Positions 11,508 to 24,359 of a stretch of DNA of 64,000 nucleotides are shown here, one piece after another; position 1 is the stretch's first letter, and the number at the start of each line of letters is the position of its first letter. A program made the position numbers and the translations under genes. The stretch is from the NCBI GenBank assembly GCA_001179505.1, contig CDMY01000802.1, forward strand, positions 62,001-126,000, written 5' to 3'. Below the pieces are notes generated by a model. It ran no database searches and was not told the DNA's origin. It was given only the letters and a program-made list of their open reading frames with translations. Origin of the DNA: Vitrella brassicaformis CCMP3155 (taxonomy: Eukaryota > Protista > Chromerida).

Positions 11508-13766
11508 TCAGCTCCTTTGGGCCGCCACTCCTGTCGCACTCGTCGGTTGCCCCCCCTCCCCCGCCCCCTCCCTCTTGCCGCCTTGGTCGTCGCCCGTCAT
11601 GTGTTCCATTTTCTCGTTTTGGGGTACGAGGAGTATGATGGGCAGGTACATGAGCACGGCGGCCGTGTAGACGTGGGCGGTGATGAGAAAGGTCTGCCTG
11701 TATCCGTTGAGTGACGTGTCGGCGATGACGCCGCCCAGGACGGCACTGCCGCTCCAGGTGAAGCGCGTCACGCCCTGGATCGACGCCCAACGCGCACGGA
11801 ACCGACGGGGCACGTAGTCCTGCGAACAAAGAGCGCACACATGACATGCACACAGACATTCATGCAGGTCGTTCGTCTGCAGCTGCTGCGCTCGCCCACT
11901 CACCATGGTGATCGACCGGTCTATCGGGGAGCGAGCATTCTGTTCGATCACACAGACAGGAAAACACGTCTTCCGTCGTCCCTCCCTCCCTGAGATCCTC
12001 ACCTGTATGCCACCCCTGACGAGGAAGAGAGCGAGGAAGAGTGCGAACGGAGTGACGTACGCGAGTGAGTAGAGGCAGAGGCACCCGATGAGGGCCATGA
12101 CCCACGCCGTCACAGGCCGCCCCACCCTCTTGGTCACGCGCGATGCCAGGCCCATGAAGACCACCATGGCCAGCTGCTGCAGCACCAGCACCGTGCACAC
12201 CCCTGATGGCGACAGCTGGTAGTCGTTCTTGCTGCACACACATAACATACACACACAGGCGGGGAGAGAGACAACATGAGCAATGCCTGTCTTTCTGTCT
12301 GTCTGTGCTGTTGAAGGCCCACAAGAAGAGTGGAAAGAACTTGACCGTCACTGATCGACCGAACACACGTAAGAGAGAGAGAGATGTACTTGCCCTTGTC
12401 AAATCATGTGTCTGTCGTGTGCGTCGGCTTACTCCCAGCCCCGATCGCCAGCGTGAAGTCGCACATGGAGATCAATATCGGCACCGCCCAGCCCGCAACC
12501 GTCCGGCCGCCCAACACGGGCAAGTCACCCTCACCATCGCACTCCAAATGCACCACATGGTCATCTTGGTCCAGCAGGGGCGTCGACAAGCCGTTGTTGA
12601 TGCTCGTCCGCCGCCTCTCTACGTCGCTGTTGCCGTTGAGAGCAGTATCGTCCGCCAGAATGCGCCGCTGTCTTGCCCTATTGGGGCAGAAGAACCGTTT
12701 GGCGTGGGTCAGTACGTCGTTGACCCGCCTGGCCGAGTACTGGTGCAGGAAACAGACGTGCCGCTCATCCACGTCGAATGAGAGGACCGAGTTGTGGTTC
12801 TGCTGGCTATAGCTGCGGTCGAGACTCTCGTGGGGCGAGTCGTCACTGCCGCTGTCGATCGACGTGGTCTGGTCCGATGCCGATGTGCTCGCGAGCGATG
12901 TCGGCTGCTGCTGCCGCTGCTGCTGCTCTAGCGGATGGTGTGGGGTGGGGTTGGTCGTCATGAAGGCGAACACGATCACGAGCGGCCAGATGATGAGCCC
13001 CGAGAGCAGCACATAGTGCAAAGGGCCGATCTCCCACACATTGCCGAGAAAGTAAAACATGACGATCTCGATGGCCGGGCCGAGTGAGAAGCCCAGCTGC
13101 CCCAGTGACGCCTTGATGGTGTTCATCTTTGACCGCCGGCCGGGCAGCACCGCGTCGGCATACAAAGCCTCCCCCACGGCATAGTTGCTTTGCCCCGCGA
13201 TGCCCCACAGACACAGCCCCACATAGAGCGCGTGAAGCTGGTCGAACCCAATGCCGATGACGAAGCACACCACCGCACATGTGCCGACGATGGCGGCCAC
13301 GCGCATGAGGAGCGGCCGCTCGAACCGGTCGAGCAGGCAGACGGCAGGGATGGTCATGACGAGGCTCGTGAGGCCGGTGATGCTCTCGGCCACGCCGACG
13401 ATGGTGTTGGAGGGCTGGTGGTCCCGGGTGTAGTTCTTGCTGACTTCATAGAGGTACGTGTCGAAAATCCCGTAGAGGCTGATGCTGTTGATCACTCGAA
13501 TCAACACCCACTGCGCGATGAGCACCTGTAGGGTGCCACGTACACACCCAACCACCAGCCACCACACAAAGAATGGACGTACACAGAGACAAAAAAGTGT
13601 GTTCGTGTGTCTGTCTGTGGCTGCTGACTTTGACGTTTCGATTGAAGAGCGGCGGCGGTGAGGGCTGCTTGCCCTCTGCAATCACGCTGACATCCTCACT
13701 GAGTCTCCCGACGGCCTCCTCGCTGGCAGGCCGTTCGATGGCCTCCGACTGCCTCACTTCGGCCAT
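11508..13766 (-). CDS. Major facilitator superfamily transporter
   Basis: ATG 13766. Repeated TM helices with motif-A-like LLDRFERPLLMRVA and ALYADAVLPGRRSK in the N-half, a long central loop, then RVTKRVGRPVTA, DYVPRRFRARWASIQG, GSAVLGGVIAD in the C-half. Stop at 11508. Confidence 0.85.
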
Positions 13767-14083
13767 GGCTGCACAGCTGAGCGTTGGGGGATCGACGGGA
13801 AGCCCTTTCTTGGGCAGTTTGTCTGGCACCAGGCTTTAGGGCGCCGACGTGCGTAAAAGCGACGAGACGAGGGAGCACTGGGCTGCTGCTTGAGATCTTC
13901 AGGCAGTGGTGAGATCTGCTAAATCCTGTTTGTCTGTCTGCCTGTCTCTTCCTCGGCCTTGCTCGGATCTCATCTGGCTGGCTCCGTCTTGCTGACCTGA
14001 TCCAAGAAGGCTCTGTGTTACCACCACCCACCTTTGGCCCACAGAACAAACAGCTAAGGCTCTCTTTCTTTCGTCCTCTCACG

Positions 14084-15033
14084 ATGCCGACTGTGTGGAG
14101 TGATCTCATGCTGATGACGATGGCGGCGTGGACATGTGTTGCTGAAGCGAGACCACCCGCACAACAGGTACACACATCGGTGGCTCGACCCATTCACCCA
14201 TCCACTCATTTGATGCTTCGCTCTGGTCCATGGCTGACTCTTGTGGTCAGGTCTATGAGCGGGGCCTGCAGGGATTGTCTGGCGGCACATCGCTGTCTGC
14301 GTCGGAGTATGAGGCGCTGCTTGGCCTGCTGGGGGGCAATGACACCACACGACTCACATCACTCTACCGGTAGATACACATCATGCCAACAGTGCTGGGA
14401 TGATGGGCAGATTCCGTGTGTGTGTGTGTCTGTATGTGTGTGTGTAGGACGTCTGTGCACGGCACCACTTATGACGACCTGCTGGACCGAGTGGGCGACG
14501 CAAAGCCTCTCGTGTTTGTTATCAGGAAGGACAAGTATGTCTTCGGCGCCTTCATCAGTGACAGCCTGCGGCTGCCCGACGACCCCACCGCTTGGCACTA
14601 CTACGACTGTCACAAATGGTATTTCTCACTGTCCGGCCACTTCGACAAACCGACCAAGATCGTTCTCCCGGAAAGCACGACGGTGCCGCCGAGGATGTGG
14701 GTGGCGGGGAGGGAGGAGAAAACGTTGGGTACGAATGTGCTTATCGGTGGGCAGCTGTGCCTGGGCTGGGCTAACTCTGGCGGTGGTCCGCCTGCTGCCG
14801 ATATCCGCAGCTGCCTTCAGGTGACCTACCGCAGCAATGTGCCTGAGGGCTACACAGGAGAGTGGGATGAGAATGGCGATGCGGTGTTGGGCGGATCTAC
14901 CGTATTCATGGCTGACGAGATTGAGGTGCTGTCACGTGTGCCGCCATCATCAGCGAGGCAGATGGGTGTGTGGCTGTCGTTCTGTCTGTGGCTCTCGTCA
15001 TTCCTGTTTTCCATGTCCTATCGCATGATGTGA
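14084..15033 (+). CDS. Signal-peptide TLDc-domain protein (3 exons), copy 1
   Basis: Exon1 MPTVWSDLMLMTMAAWTCVAEARPPAQQ; exon2 ..LLGLLGGNDTTRLTSLYR; exon3 TSVHGTTYDDLLDRVGDAKPLVFVIRKDKYVFGAFIS..WYFSLSGHF..LGGSTVFMADEIEVL, with TLDc hallmarks LYR..HG, FGAF, F..DEIEV. Confidence 0.85.
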
Positions 15034-15053
15034 ACCCATGGGCTACTCGTGTT

Positions 15054-15119
15054 ACTTTTCTGGGCGGGTCGAGTTAATTCATGGCTAATGAGATAGAGGT
15101 GCTGCATGTGGTGCAGTAG
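15054..15119 (+). pseudogene. Orphan TLDc C-terminal fragment with in-frame stop
   Basis: Reads TFLGGSS*FMANEIEVLHVVQ* (TAA at 15075-15077), matching the family end LGGSxxFMADEIEVLHVVQ*. Confidence 0.8.
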
Positions 15120-15822
15120 GAAGGGAGCGAGGGAGGGAGGGAGGGACATGTGATTTCCCCTCTCTATGGTGCCGTCCACAGAGACAGGCACTGATACATC
15201 TGCCGTCCTCTGTGCCCCCGTCTGTCTGTCTGTCTGTCTGTCTGTCATTCATCTGAGTGTAGCTAATCTGCCGGCACACTGCTGGTGCCCCTGTGTGTGT
15301 GTGCCTGCGTGAGTGTGTGTGTGTGCGGTGGCTGGACCTGTGAGCTTGTCGCTCTTCTGCTATGGTGTGTGTCTCTGCGATTGAGTAGATGACCTTGTGT
15401 GTGGTCGACAGGTAAACACGCTGCAATGGTGTCATAGCCAGGCGTCGTTGGTGGCGGCGGCGAGTGAATCGGTGTGGTTGGGTCACCATGTGTGGACCAT
15501 GCCTCTGTGTGTGTGGTTGTGGTGGGGTTTGGGGTGTGTGTATTGATTTCTATGTCATCTTTGGTACCGAACCAGACACGTATGCGTTGAACGAGTTCGC
15601 CTGCACTTTTCCCTTTGGCTGTGGCCCAGAGATACGCAGAGAGAGATGTCAATAAACTTTTGTCCTTCAGAAAATGCCAGTCAATCGCATATACACACAG
15701 ACGTGCACACACACATGCACCTGTCTGTCCGTCCCGCTGCCGCCGCGCTAGCTACCGCCGACAGTTTGTCTTGCCGCCACTCGCATTAGCAAGTGGGGCA
15801 CGTTTCTACACGTGTCTCGCGC

Positions 15823-17236
15823 TTAGGCGCGGGCCTGGAACTGCACCTTGGCGCAGCCGACTCCCTTGGCCTGGGCCCTCATGCTGCTGGCGCACTCCTC
15901 GAGGGTCAGCGCCGTGCCCGTGAGGTCGCGGACGCGGGCAGCCGGGGGAACGTCTGCCAATCGCCTGAGATACACACACATCAATGCGGCCGCTGCACTA
16001 TGTCTCGCCACTGTCTGTCTGCGTGTGTTACTTGACGGCGATGTCTCCCATGTAGATGACGGCCATGTGCGTCTTGTCGCCGCTCATAAACACCTCCACG
16101 AGAGGCATCTGCGCCTCGCCCGTCAGACCCTTGACGCCATGCAGGTAGTCAGCCAACTTCATCTGCACACACACACGCACACACACATGGACGATACAAA
16201 TCATTCGACACACATACGGCGTCTCCCCGGCTGACCACATCAGCGATGAGCACATTCTTTGGGCACTTGACGATGAAGCTGTCGGCCAGCGATGCTGCGA
16301 CGTTGAGCACATTGAACGCCGACTGCAAGTCATGTAAGCGGCAACCAACACACACACGGAGAGAGAGAGAGAGAGAGACATACATATGGTACACATTGTC
16401 CGTCCGTCGCGTACCATGGTGCCATCGCCCATTTTGTCGAGGCAGTATGTGTTGCTGTTGTACTCTTGCCCCCAGGGCATGTCGAAATGGATGGCCGCGA
16501 ACTTCGTGCCCTCCTTGAGCCACCGGGCTGCCAGCTTGGCCACCCTCTTGAAGTAGTCGCCGCAGCGTATGAAGAGGCGCTCGAGGACTCCCACCCCTGC
16601 ACACACACAACGCAGCAATTTGGCAGCAATTTTGCATATGGATATGTCATAACATCCGCCACCCGTTGCTGTGCTCTTGTCAATGTTCGTACCGTGGGCA
16701 CTGGCGTTATGCTTGGTGTGTTCGACATTGGCGGCGTCGATGTCGCACGCATAGACCGTCAGGCCCGCAGCCAACAGAGAGGCGGTCTGGCCGCCGACAC
16801 CACTAAATGCATCGAGCACCATGCCGACTCCCAGGTATGTGACGATAGTGGTGGTGATGCAGTCGGCGATGAAGCGCGGCGTGATGCTCCTGCTGCATTC
16901 ACCATTGATGAAGAAATGGATAAGTCAATCCGGGCAACAGCGTGAATGCATCAAAAGGTCCCCTCATCTCACCGCATGTCGAAGTTGTATTTGACCTTCC
17001 GCCATATCTTTCCCCACAGCCATTCGTTGGCCGTCTGCATAAACACATCCAATGCATCAGGCGCCACACATGCATTCGAGAACCCACAGACGGCCAGTCG
17101 TGTCTCAGATGCATTGGGGCTCGTGCAGTTGTACCCTTGCGTGTGGGCAATTCGTGATGATGATGGTCACCAGCCCCATAATGCACTCGGCACCGACGGT
17201 GGCCCCCTCGCCGAGCTCCTCGGGCATGGCGGGCAT
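15823..17236 (-). CDS. RNA cap guanine-N2 methyltransferase (Tgs1/Tgs2-like, trimethylguanosine synthase family); 5' end uncertain
   Basis: Spliced SITPRFIADCI..VLDAFSGVGGQ (SAM motif I), VYACDIDAANVEHTKHNA, IRCGDYF, HFDMPWGQEY, IVKCPKN, matching the Tgs pattern SVTPExIA..DAFCGxGGN..DID..HNA..GDF..PPWG. Stop at 15823. Confidence 0.75.
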
Positions 17237-17654
17237 CTTGAAGACGATGACAGAAACACGGGCAAGGTGCAGCCGGGGGACTGCCGCGCTGCAAAAGCCT
17301 TGCCGACGGGTGACGAGACGATCTAGAGGTCAAAGAGAGGGAGAGGGTGGTGAAAAAGGGCTTGATATCAGCAGCAGGGCAGCGGCTGATCGAAGGCTGG
17401 GGCCACGGCCCCAACACGGGCTACGCCTCCGATCAGCCAGACTGACACCACTGGCAGGGAGAAGACCCGCCATTCACCGCGAAAGGAAAGAAGGGGCCGA
17501 TGATCTGCGTGCTACGTGCGCTTGGATAATGTCGGGTGGCTGACCAGGAACAGCGTGAAAACAGATCACGTCTTGGTACCAATTCCGAGTCACCGGTGGC
17601 CACACACACGTACGCACACACACACACACACATGCAGTCTCTATCTCTCTCTTC

Positions 17655-17689
<35 letters not shown>

Positions 17690-17788
17690 TCACAGCCCCA
17701 TCATGTGAATGCATCCCCCCATCCACTGGCACCACTGCGGGCCACACACATTCACTCATCCATCCCTCCGTCTGTGTGCGCACATCAA

Positions 17789-18823
17789 TCACATCAACGC
17801 ACAGCCGGGGAACAGAAGGTTCAGCACACCACAGCAGCACAGGGCAGCGAAACTGACACTAGTCAAATAAAGTTTCTCAGCCATCCGCAAGAAGCTGTAG
17901 TACTTGCACAACCACACGACAAGACACCCCACCGCCAGGGCGACCCCGAGCACCAAACACATCAGTACTACACAAAAAAGAACAAACATCCCCACGTCGC
18001 CGAAGGCTGGCGCCAGAGTGGGCCAGAGAAAGAATTCTCTGCATTTGCTGCAAACCATGTACTCGCAGCCACCGACCTTCTCTATGCGTATGCCGCACCG
18101 GGGGCAGCTTCTGACGTCCTTTCCCCTCGCCCACTGTTGGAAGCTCTGATCTTCCAGCTGGTCGCACGTCAGCTGGCCCTCATGCCACCTGACCGATCGA
18201 CACCATCAGTGACACACACAATTCACCCACGCACACGTGGTGTTCAGTCAGCCCTTCCCTTACAGTTGGCCGCATCGGAGGCAGAGAGGCGTCTTGCACT
18301 GAGAGCAGGCGCCTTTCTTGCTGACAGGTGAGATGCGGTGATGGCCCTCGCAGCCAGGCACCGAGCACCACCGCAGGTGGGGATTCTAAACGGACACACA
18401 CACACACACACGCACACACGCACACACACACACACACACACACGATCTGTTCGTGAGAGGGTGGCCATCCAACCACAACACCAGCGAATGCGTGTGTGCA
18501 TCTGCCCTGCGGACCTTGTCGATTCGCGATTGCTTCCTGAACTTCTTCAGACGCTCAAAAGTGCTTTCGTCGAGCAGCGGCCCAATGTCGGCGTCGGTCA
18601 GCACCCGCGAGCAGCCGGGCGCGGGGCACTTGATGCGCTCCACCTGGTTGCTGTCGATGCGCGTCTCAACGTACTGAGCCATGCACTCGGTGCACGTGCC
18701 GTGGGGCGAAGGGGAGGCGTGGAAGCACTTTGCCTTCTGTTTGGAGCATGCAGGGGGCTCCAGCGGCTCATAGCACACGCAGCACGAGTACTCCTGCGCG
18801 GTGTTTGCAGCTTGTCGTGGCAT
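17789..18823 (-). CDS. RBR (RING1-IBR-RING2) E3 ubiquitin ligase with C-terminal transmembrane segments (RNF144/RNF19-like topology)
   Basis: RING1 CCVC..CFH..CTECMAQY..IKCPAPGC; IBR NPHLRWCSVPGC..CSQCKTPLCLRC..WHEGQLTC; RING2 CPRCGIRIEKVGGCEYMVCSKC; then hydrophobic FVLFCVVLMCLVLGVALAVGCLVVWLC. Stop at 17789. Confidence 0.88.
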
Positions 18824-19229
18824 CCCGTTTTGTCGTCTGCAGGCGATGCAATGCTCCCTGACACACGCACACACACGCACACACACGTGTCCGCGTCTGT
18901 AGCAGGTCTGTAGGTGACAAGGGAAGCAGATCCCACCAGATCTATAATCTCCTCTCGAGAGGCCCTTGGCTGCTCGGTGGATCTCTCAGATGTGGGAGCC
19001 TAACCGATTGCAGATCCAGCCCCCCTCCCTAGCCCCTTCTCACGGACTTCTCATGCTCCTCTACCTTTCCTTGTTTTTTCTGAGTTTTCTGAGCTTGCAC
19101 CTGCGAGCTTAGCGGAAAATGACGTAACCGCTGACGAGCAGGCATGGCGGTGACGAGGTGAGGCGTGCAGAGCCTGTTGAAGCCCCAAAACGGCATTTTG
19201 ATTCATAGCTTTGGTGGCCTGGCTGCACG

Positions 19230-21153
19230 ATGGCTGCCAGCGCTGCTCAGGTGAGAGAAGAGGAGCCAGGCAAAGAACGTGAACGACGGCATGCATGGGG
19301 CTATGTATATTTGATTGACAATGTGTTGTTTGCCGATGCGGCAGCGGCTGCTGGCACAGATTCAGGCCTAGCAGACCAATCAGGCCAGGGTAAGGAATCA
19401 ACACACTCACTCTCATTCAGTGCATCCGTCGCTCATCGGTTGTTTCGCGTTGTTTGTGTGTGGACTGTGGTGTGCAGGTCAACAATGGCATCGGCCGACT
19501 CTCTCAGATGGACGCCGCTATGATCACACCACTGGTGCGGCCAGACTGCCACACACGGCACAAAGGCCTCTGTGTCATGGTCTCTCGTGTGCTTGATTCA
19601 TCAGATGGTGGCCAAGGTCAGTCGTCAACTCGCCAACGAATCGGCCCGTCTGGCCCAGCTGGCGGACAGCATCGACTCGACCATCGCACTCACAACACAC
19701 ACCCACACACAGGTGTGAGAGAGGGACCACACACACACACACACTCTCACACACACAGCTGCATGTGTGTCATTCTGTGTGTCGTCAGGCTCGGCGGTTG
19801 CACGTGACTGACATTCCCGCCGGGCCGATAAGTATCGTCCTGGCACTCTCTGACCTCACCGCCGTCGGCCGACTCAAGGCGACAGCCCGCCACTTCAGAA
19901 ACGCCCTGCGGCCCATCATCCGCAATATTCGGCTGCCGAAGGCCATCGAGTGTGCGGGGGTGGGCGGGGTGGTGCGGTTCGACGATCAGCTGAGCCACGG
20001 CGATGTGATGAAGGCCATGTGGGTGATGGAGGAGGGAGGCGAGGGCGGCTGGGGGGAGGTGACGGACACTCTCAGATTCGGTGAGCATTGGGGCTATTGC
20101 CAGCTGCCGGTCACTGTGGGTGCCGGAGATCTGCAGACACACGCCACCAAGGCGGTAAGCACGACACACGACACAAAGGAGAGGCAATGGGGCAATGAGT
20201 GAACGGCTCTCTGTCTGTGTCTGTGTGTTGAATGCAGGACTACTCATCGGTGCCCCGTTTCTGTGTGCAGTGGATGCTCGTCGGCCGCCATGTGGCCCTC
20301 CGTCGCCTCAATGGCCAGCAAGACGGCACACTCCAGCTCTTCCACCATAACCATGAGATTCGCGCCATCCGCAACGAGCCCACCTTCGCCATCACCCTCA
20401 ACCCGCCCCTCCCCCTCCCCACCCGCCCCGTCCATCCCTTCTCACTTCACCCCTTCCAGCAGCACTCCAAGCCGCACGACCCGCCCGTCCGCAGCCGCAT
20501 TGCGTGGCAGCCTGGTGTGGGCTGGGCGATGGTCGCTGCCAACGACGGGGCCGTTTTCTCATCAGCGAGTTCCATGCTGAAGCAGCTGATGCTGCTGATT
20601 CACCGGAGCATATCTGTGGGCGGCATGTCCCGATCACCACCAGTGGCGGTAGACCGGTGACTGGATGGACGGCAGGTCGCTCGTGGTCTGTTTCAAACAT
20701 GTGTGTATGTGTGTGTGTGTGTCAGGAGTGAGCGTGGAGGTTATTTGGATCGCATCGTCACCCAATCCCCTCACACGCCCCTTGACGAGTGCTCACACGT
20801 GATGGCATATGAGGCGGTCGGTGGGCTGTGTATGCATTCACATGTGCTGACATCATCAAGCGATCCGTTCGTCGCATACATTGCCTTCCGCATCCCTCCA
20901 GGAGACAACCAAAACGGTACGCATACACGTGGTAGAGAACGAGCAACTCAACAACACCCACATGCCGTCGTGGTGTCTGATTTTGTGCTCATGGCTGCGT
21001 GCAGTGCGCGTCATCATCCGTACCACCGAGGCGGCAGCAGCAGGTGTGGCCCATGACGCGCCCTTCGCCCAGCGATTCCCCCTGACGGCTGCCAAGGCCC
21101 GCCGCGTCCTCGGCCCCATCGCCCCCATCGTCCTCGACGGCCAGGCACCGTAG
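19230..21153 (+). CDS. Lineage-specific protein with F-box-like motif (expanded chromerid family); possible nonsense allele in exon 2
   Basis: Phase-0 exons MAASAAQ / ..TNQAR / VNNGIGRLSQMDAAMITPL / MVAKVSRQLANESARLAQ.. / LHVTDIPAGPISIVLALSDLTAVGRLKATARHFRNAL (F-box-like) ..FDDQLSHGDVMKAMWVMEEGG..; ends IAPIVLDGQAP* at 21153. Confidence 0.7.
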
Positions 21154-21373
21154 ACACACAGGTGTGGGCCACACAGTGGCGTGTGTTTGTTGGTGTGTTC
21201 TGCAGGGCGGCTGAATGGCGTCAAGGAAGACACACAAGGAGCTGACTGTTTGGCGGTGCGGTGGTGTGTGCATCAATCATTTCTGCTGGTGCATTATGTT
21301 GTACGAGAGCGAGTGGAGAGCGAGTGGAACACACGTGTAGCGTGTGCACAGATCGCAAGAAAGCGGATGACAC

Positions 21374-21445
21374 CTGGAGCTCTATGACGTCGATGAGACC
21401 AACCAAGGGGGGACGGACGGGGGTGCGGACGACGACAGTGACTGA
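21374..21445 (+). pseudogene. Orphan 3' end of a paralog of the 25172-25892 gene
   Basis: LELYDVDETNQGGTDGGADDDSD* aligns at DNA level to 25868-25926, including downstream tgaatga..gagcg. No upstream exons found. Confidence 0.7.
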
Positions 21446-21932
21446 GTGAATGAGATGAGCGAACCAACAGACAGACAGTGACGGCGGCTGTTCTGAGGGA
21501 GATGGTGTATGTGGGATCCTTTCTGAGTTTGCCCCAGCGTGTGTTCGTGTGATTTGTGCACGCCATTCATTCGATGGGTCATGATCGATCGCCCATTGCA
21601 TGCGTGTAATCATCCCCAGCCAGAATGACGGTCTCATGACACTTGTATCAGTGACCATTTCAGCCCTTCACGCAGTCCGCTATGCACATTTACCTCGTAC
21701 GCAACATTCACACACATGTCACTCCCCCACTCACATACAAATTCCCACATGGATGGGTGGGGCATTGCACTCATTCCGTGGTCTCATTCAGACCACACAC
21801 ACATACACATACACCGCCGGCCGGATAAACAACAAGCCGAACGTACAGCAGCACATCGACTGACTGATAAAACCCGCGGCAATGCGTTCAGCGATCTCTC
21901 ATCTGTCATTTCTCATTTCTAATGGTCTGGTA

Positions 21933-24359
21933 TCACTGCCTCCGTTGCCTGGTGTATCGTGTGCCGGCCATTGCAGCCCTTCTGCGCCCATATTGGCCCT
22001 TCTGCCGCGCAACCATGCTCGACACATGCCACACATAAGGCTGCACACACACACACACACACACATACATAAGTGGAGATGCTCCATTGGTTCTGCAATG
22101 CTCACTTTTGTTGGCCCCAGAGATTTGGTACAGGTCTTGTCGCGCCCGCACGACTCGGACGATCGCACTGCACGCCGCCTCCCCTGCACACTCACAGACA
22201 GACAGAGAGAGAGAGAGACGCTCGCGTCATGATATCATCTCTGTTGCTGATCCCTTCTCCGCCACGCACTCACCCTTTTCTCCTTGTGGCGCGTCTCGCC
22301 CACACAGCTGTCTGTTGTCGGCGGCTGCCCGCCCTTTTGTGGCTGCTGGCACTGACTGCACCCATTGTCACATCCCGTGTGTGTGTCCGCTGTGCCTGTG
22401 GGGCTGGGAGGGAGGCCGAGAGGGATCAGCTGACTCAGTCTTAGATGGGTCGCCTGGGACACACACACGGACACACAAGCATAGCATATATATTTATGGT
22501 GTCTGTCTGTCTCACTCAGCGTGTCAGTCAATGTGCGTGCCTTGCCTTGAGTATGTCGTTCTCGTTGAAGTGCTTTTGTGAGAATGGCGACCACAGCAGT
22601 GGGGGGTCGGTCAGGAACCACCCCACACCAAACACAAGACCCGCCACATCCACCTGGAAGTCACGGCCACCCTACACACAGACACACACAACACAGCCAA
22701 TATACACACACGTGTGTGTGCGTCTCTTCGCCTGTGTCTGTGTAGGTGTGTGTGTGGGTTTACTCACCTCCCAGGCGTCGAATTCCCGGATGGTTGGCGT
22801 GTGGGGGGCCCACTGCTGCTGCTCACACTGCTGCTGCTGGCCATGAGCATCTGCAGCAGCACGGTGGCCGTCACTCTCGTTGACAGACCGCTCATCGTCC
22901 ACCAGATACCTGACACCACACACACACCACAATCCGGTGTGCACGTGTGGATGTATGTAAGTGTGTGTGTATTGCCATCTGCTGGCATACCTACCTTTCA
23001 ACCACGTGTTCGCCCGCCCATCCGACGCCCAGGAGGCCCACACCGAGGGAGGGGACGGAATGAAGACCAGAGAACAGACAAGGGTGGTAGGCACTGAACG
23101 AACGAAGCCACGAACGCAATATACATGTAGATTCGGGTGGGTGTGACAGATTCTCTTTTCGTCTGTGTGTGTACTTGTCGTCATCAGCGAAGTAGACCAC
23201 ACTTGACTGATGAAGGAAGGGAGGAACACAGACACAGCACAGACACACCATTGACTGACGTCTGCTCCCATCCGTCCGTCTGATCTCTCCTCTGCCGTGC
23301 CCACGTGCTTGCTGACCTGGATGAGCTGATCCCGTAGGTGCGGCATCCTCTCAGCCCGTATGATCTCCCGCAGCCGCCATATGCCCCTGTTGCGAGGCTC
23401 CGCACCACGCACACGCAGACCTATACACACACGAGCCATATGCAGGTGAGGTGTCTGTCCGCCTGTCTGTCTGTCTGTGTGTCTGTCTGTCTGTGTGTGT
23501 GTCTGTCTGTGTGTCTGCAAGTGTTACCAGGGGTGCTGGCGAGTATCAAGTGGTCGTAAGAGAACATTTGCCTGTTCATGCTGGTGGTGTCCAGGTGGTG
23601 CTGGATGGTCTGCGACGGGGTCGAGGCGTCCTCAACCAATATCAGGTGGATGTGCACCCCACCTGCGCCGAGAAACAAACAAACACAGAGGGATGGATGG
23701 ATGGATCAGGTTGTCCATCTGTGTGTGTGCCCAGTGCAAGGGTACCTACCTGGGTGGTTGATGCGGACGGTAGCCAGGCTGGCAAAGAGTCGAATGAGGT
23801 CGGGCACCTGTGTGGGCCTCTCGTGTGTCGGGCAGATCACAAACACCACTCTCGTACCATTGCCAATGACCTCCGACAAGGGCAGTGCCGTCAGATACCC
23901 ATCCGGCAGCCCGTGACCGTCATGGGCATCACGACCACCACCGCCCCCCTCCCCCTCCCTCTGCCCGCTCAGCGCCATCTCCCCGACGAGTCTGTCGGTC
24001 TCCTTCTCCATCATGATTGCGTGGTGCAGCGTGAGGCTGTTCTTGGTCAGCTCCATGTTGTCCTTCAGCCGCTGCAGCTGCCCCTGCATGGCCTTGGCCT
24101 GCCGACGTATCTCGCACACCTGACGCCTCGACGGCCAGTGGGCGAAAGAGGGGAACAGCCAGGAGATGGCGCCGGATAGCAATGACACGACCACCAGCAG
24201 CCCCGAGCAGAAGATGAAGGCAAGCACACGGGGAGGCAGGTCGGAGAGGCAGATGGGGGGGGCGCTGCTGTGCTGCAGCAGCTGCTCGTGGTCGCGGCTG
24301 CTGCTGCTGTCCTGGGGCTGCTCGGAGGGATCAGCAGCAACTTCATCTGCTGCCAACAT
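21933..24359 (-). CDS. Glycosyltransferase family 43 (beta-1,3-glucuronosyltransferase/IRX9-like), type II membrane protein
   Basis: ATG 24359; TM VLAFIFCSGLLVVVSLLSGAISWLF; coiled stem; VFVICPTHERPTQ..LIRL, LILVEDAS, EPRNRGIWRLR, VVYFADDDNAY (DxD), RDFQVDVAGLVF, FNENDILK, PYVWH. These follow the GT43 motif order TPTY..LVED..QRN..YFADDDN..DMAGF..ESxLL..VWH. Confidence 0.85.

Noticed and set aside
12206-13531. Plus-strand ORFs over the MFS gene
   Set aside because: Antisense shadows of a GC-rich CDS.
15263-15712. 149-aa minus ORF (..ELVQRIRVWFGTKDD..)
   Set aside because: No start or splice context, or homology recognised; probably 3' UTR of the Tgs-like gene.
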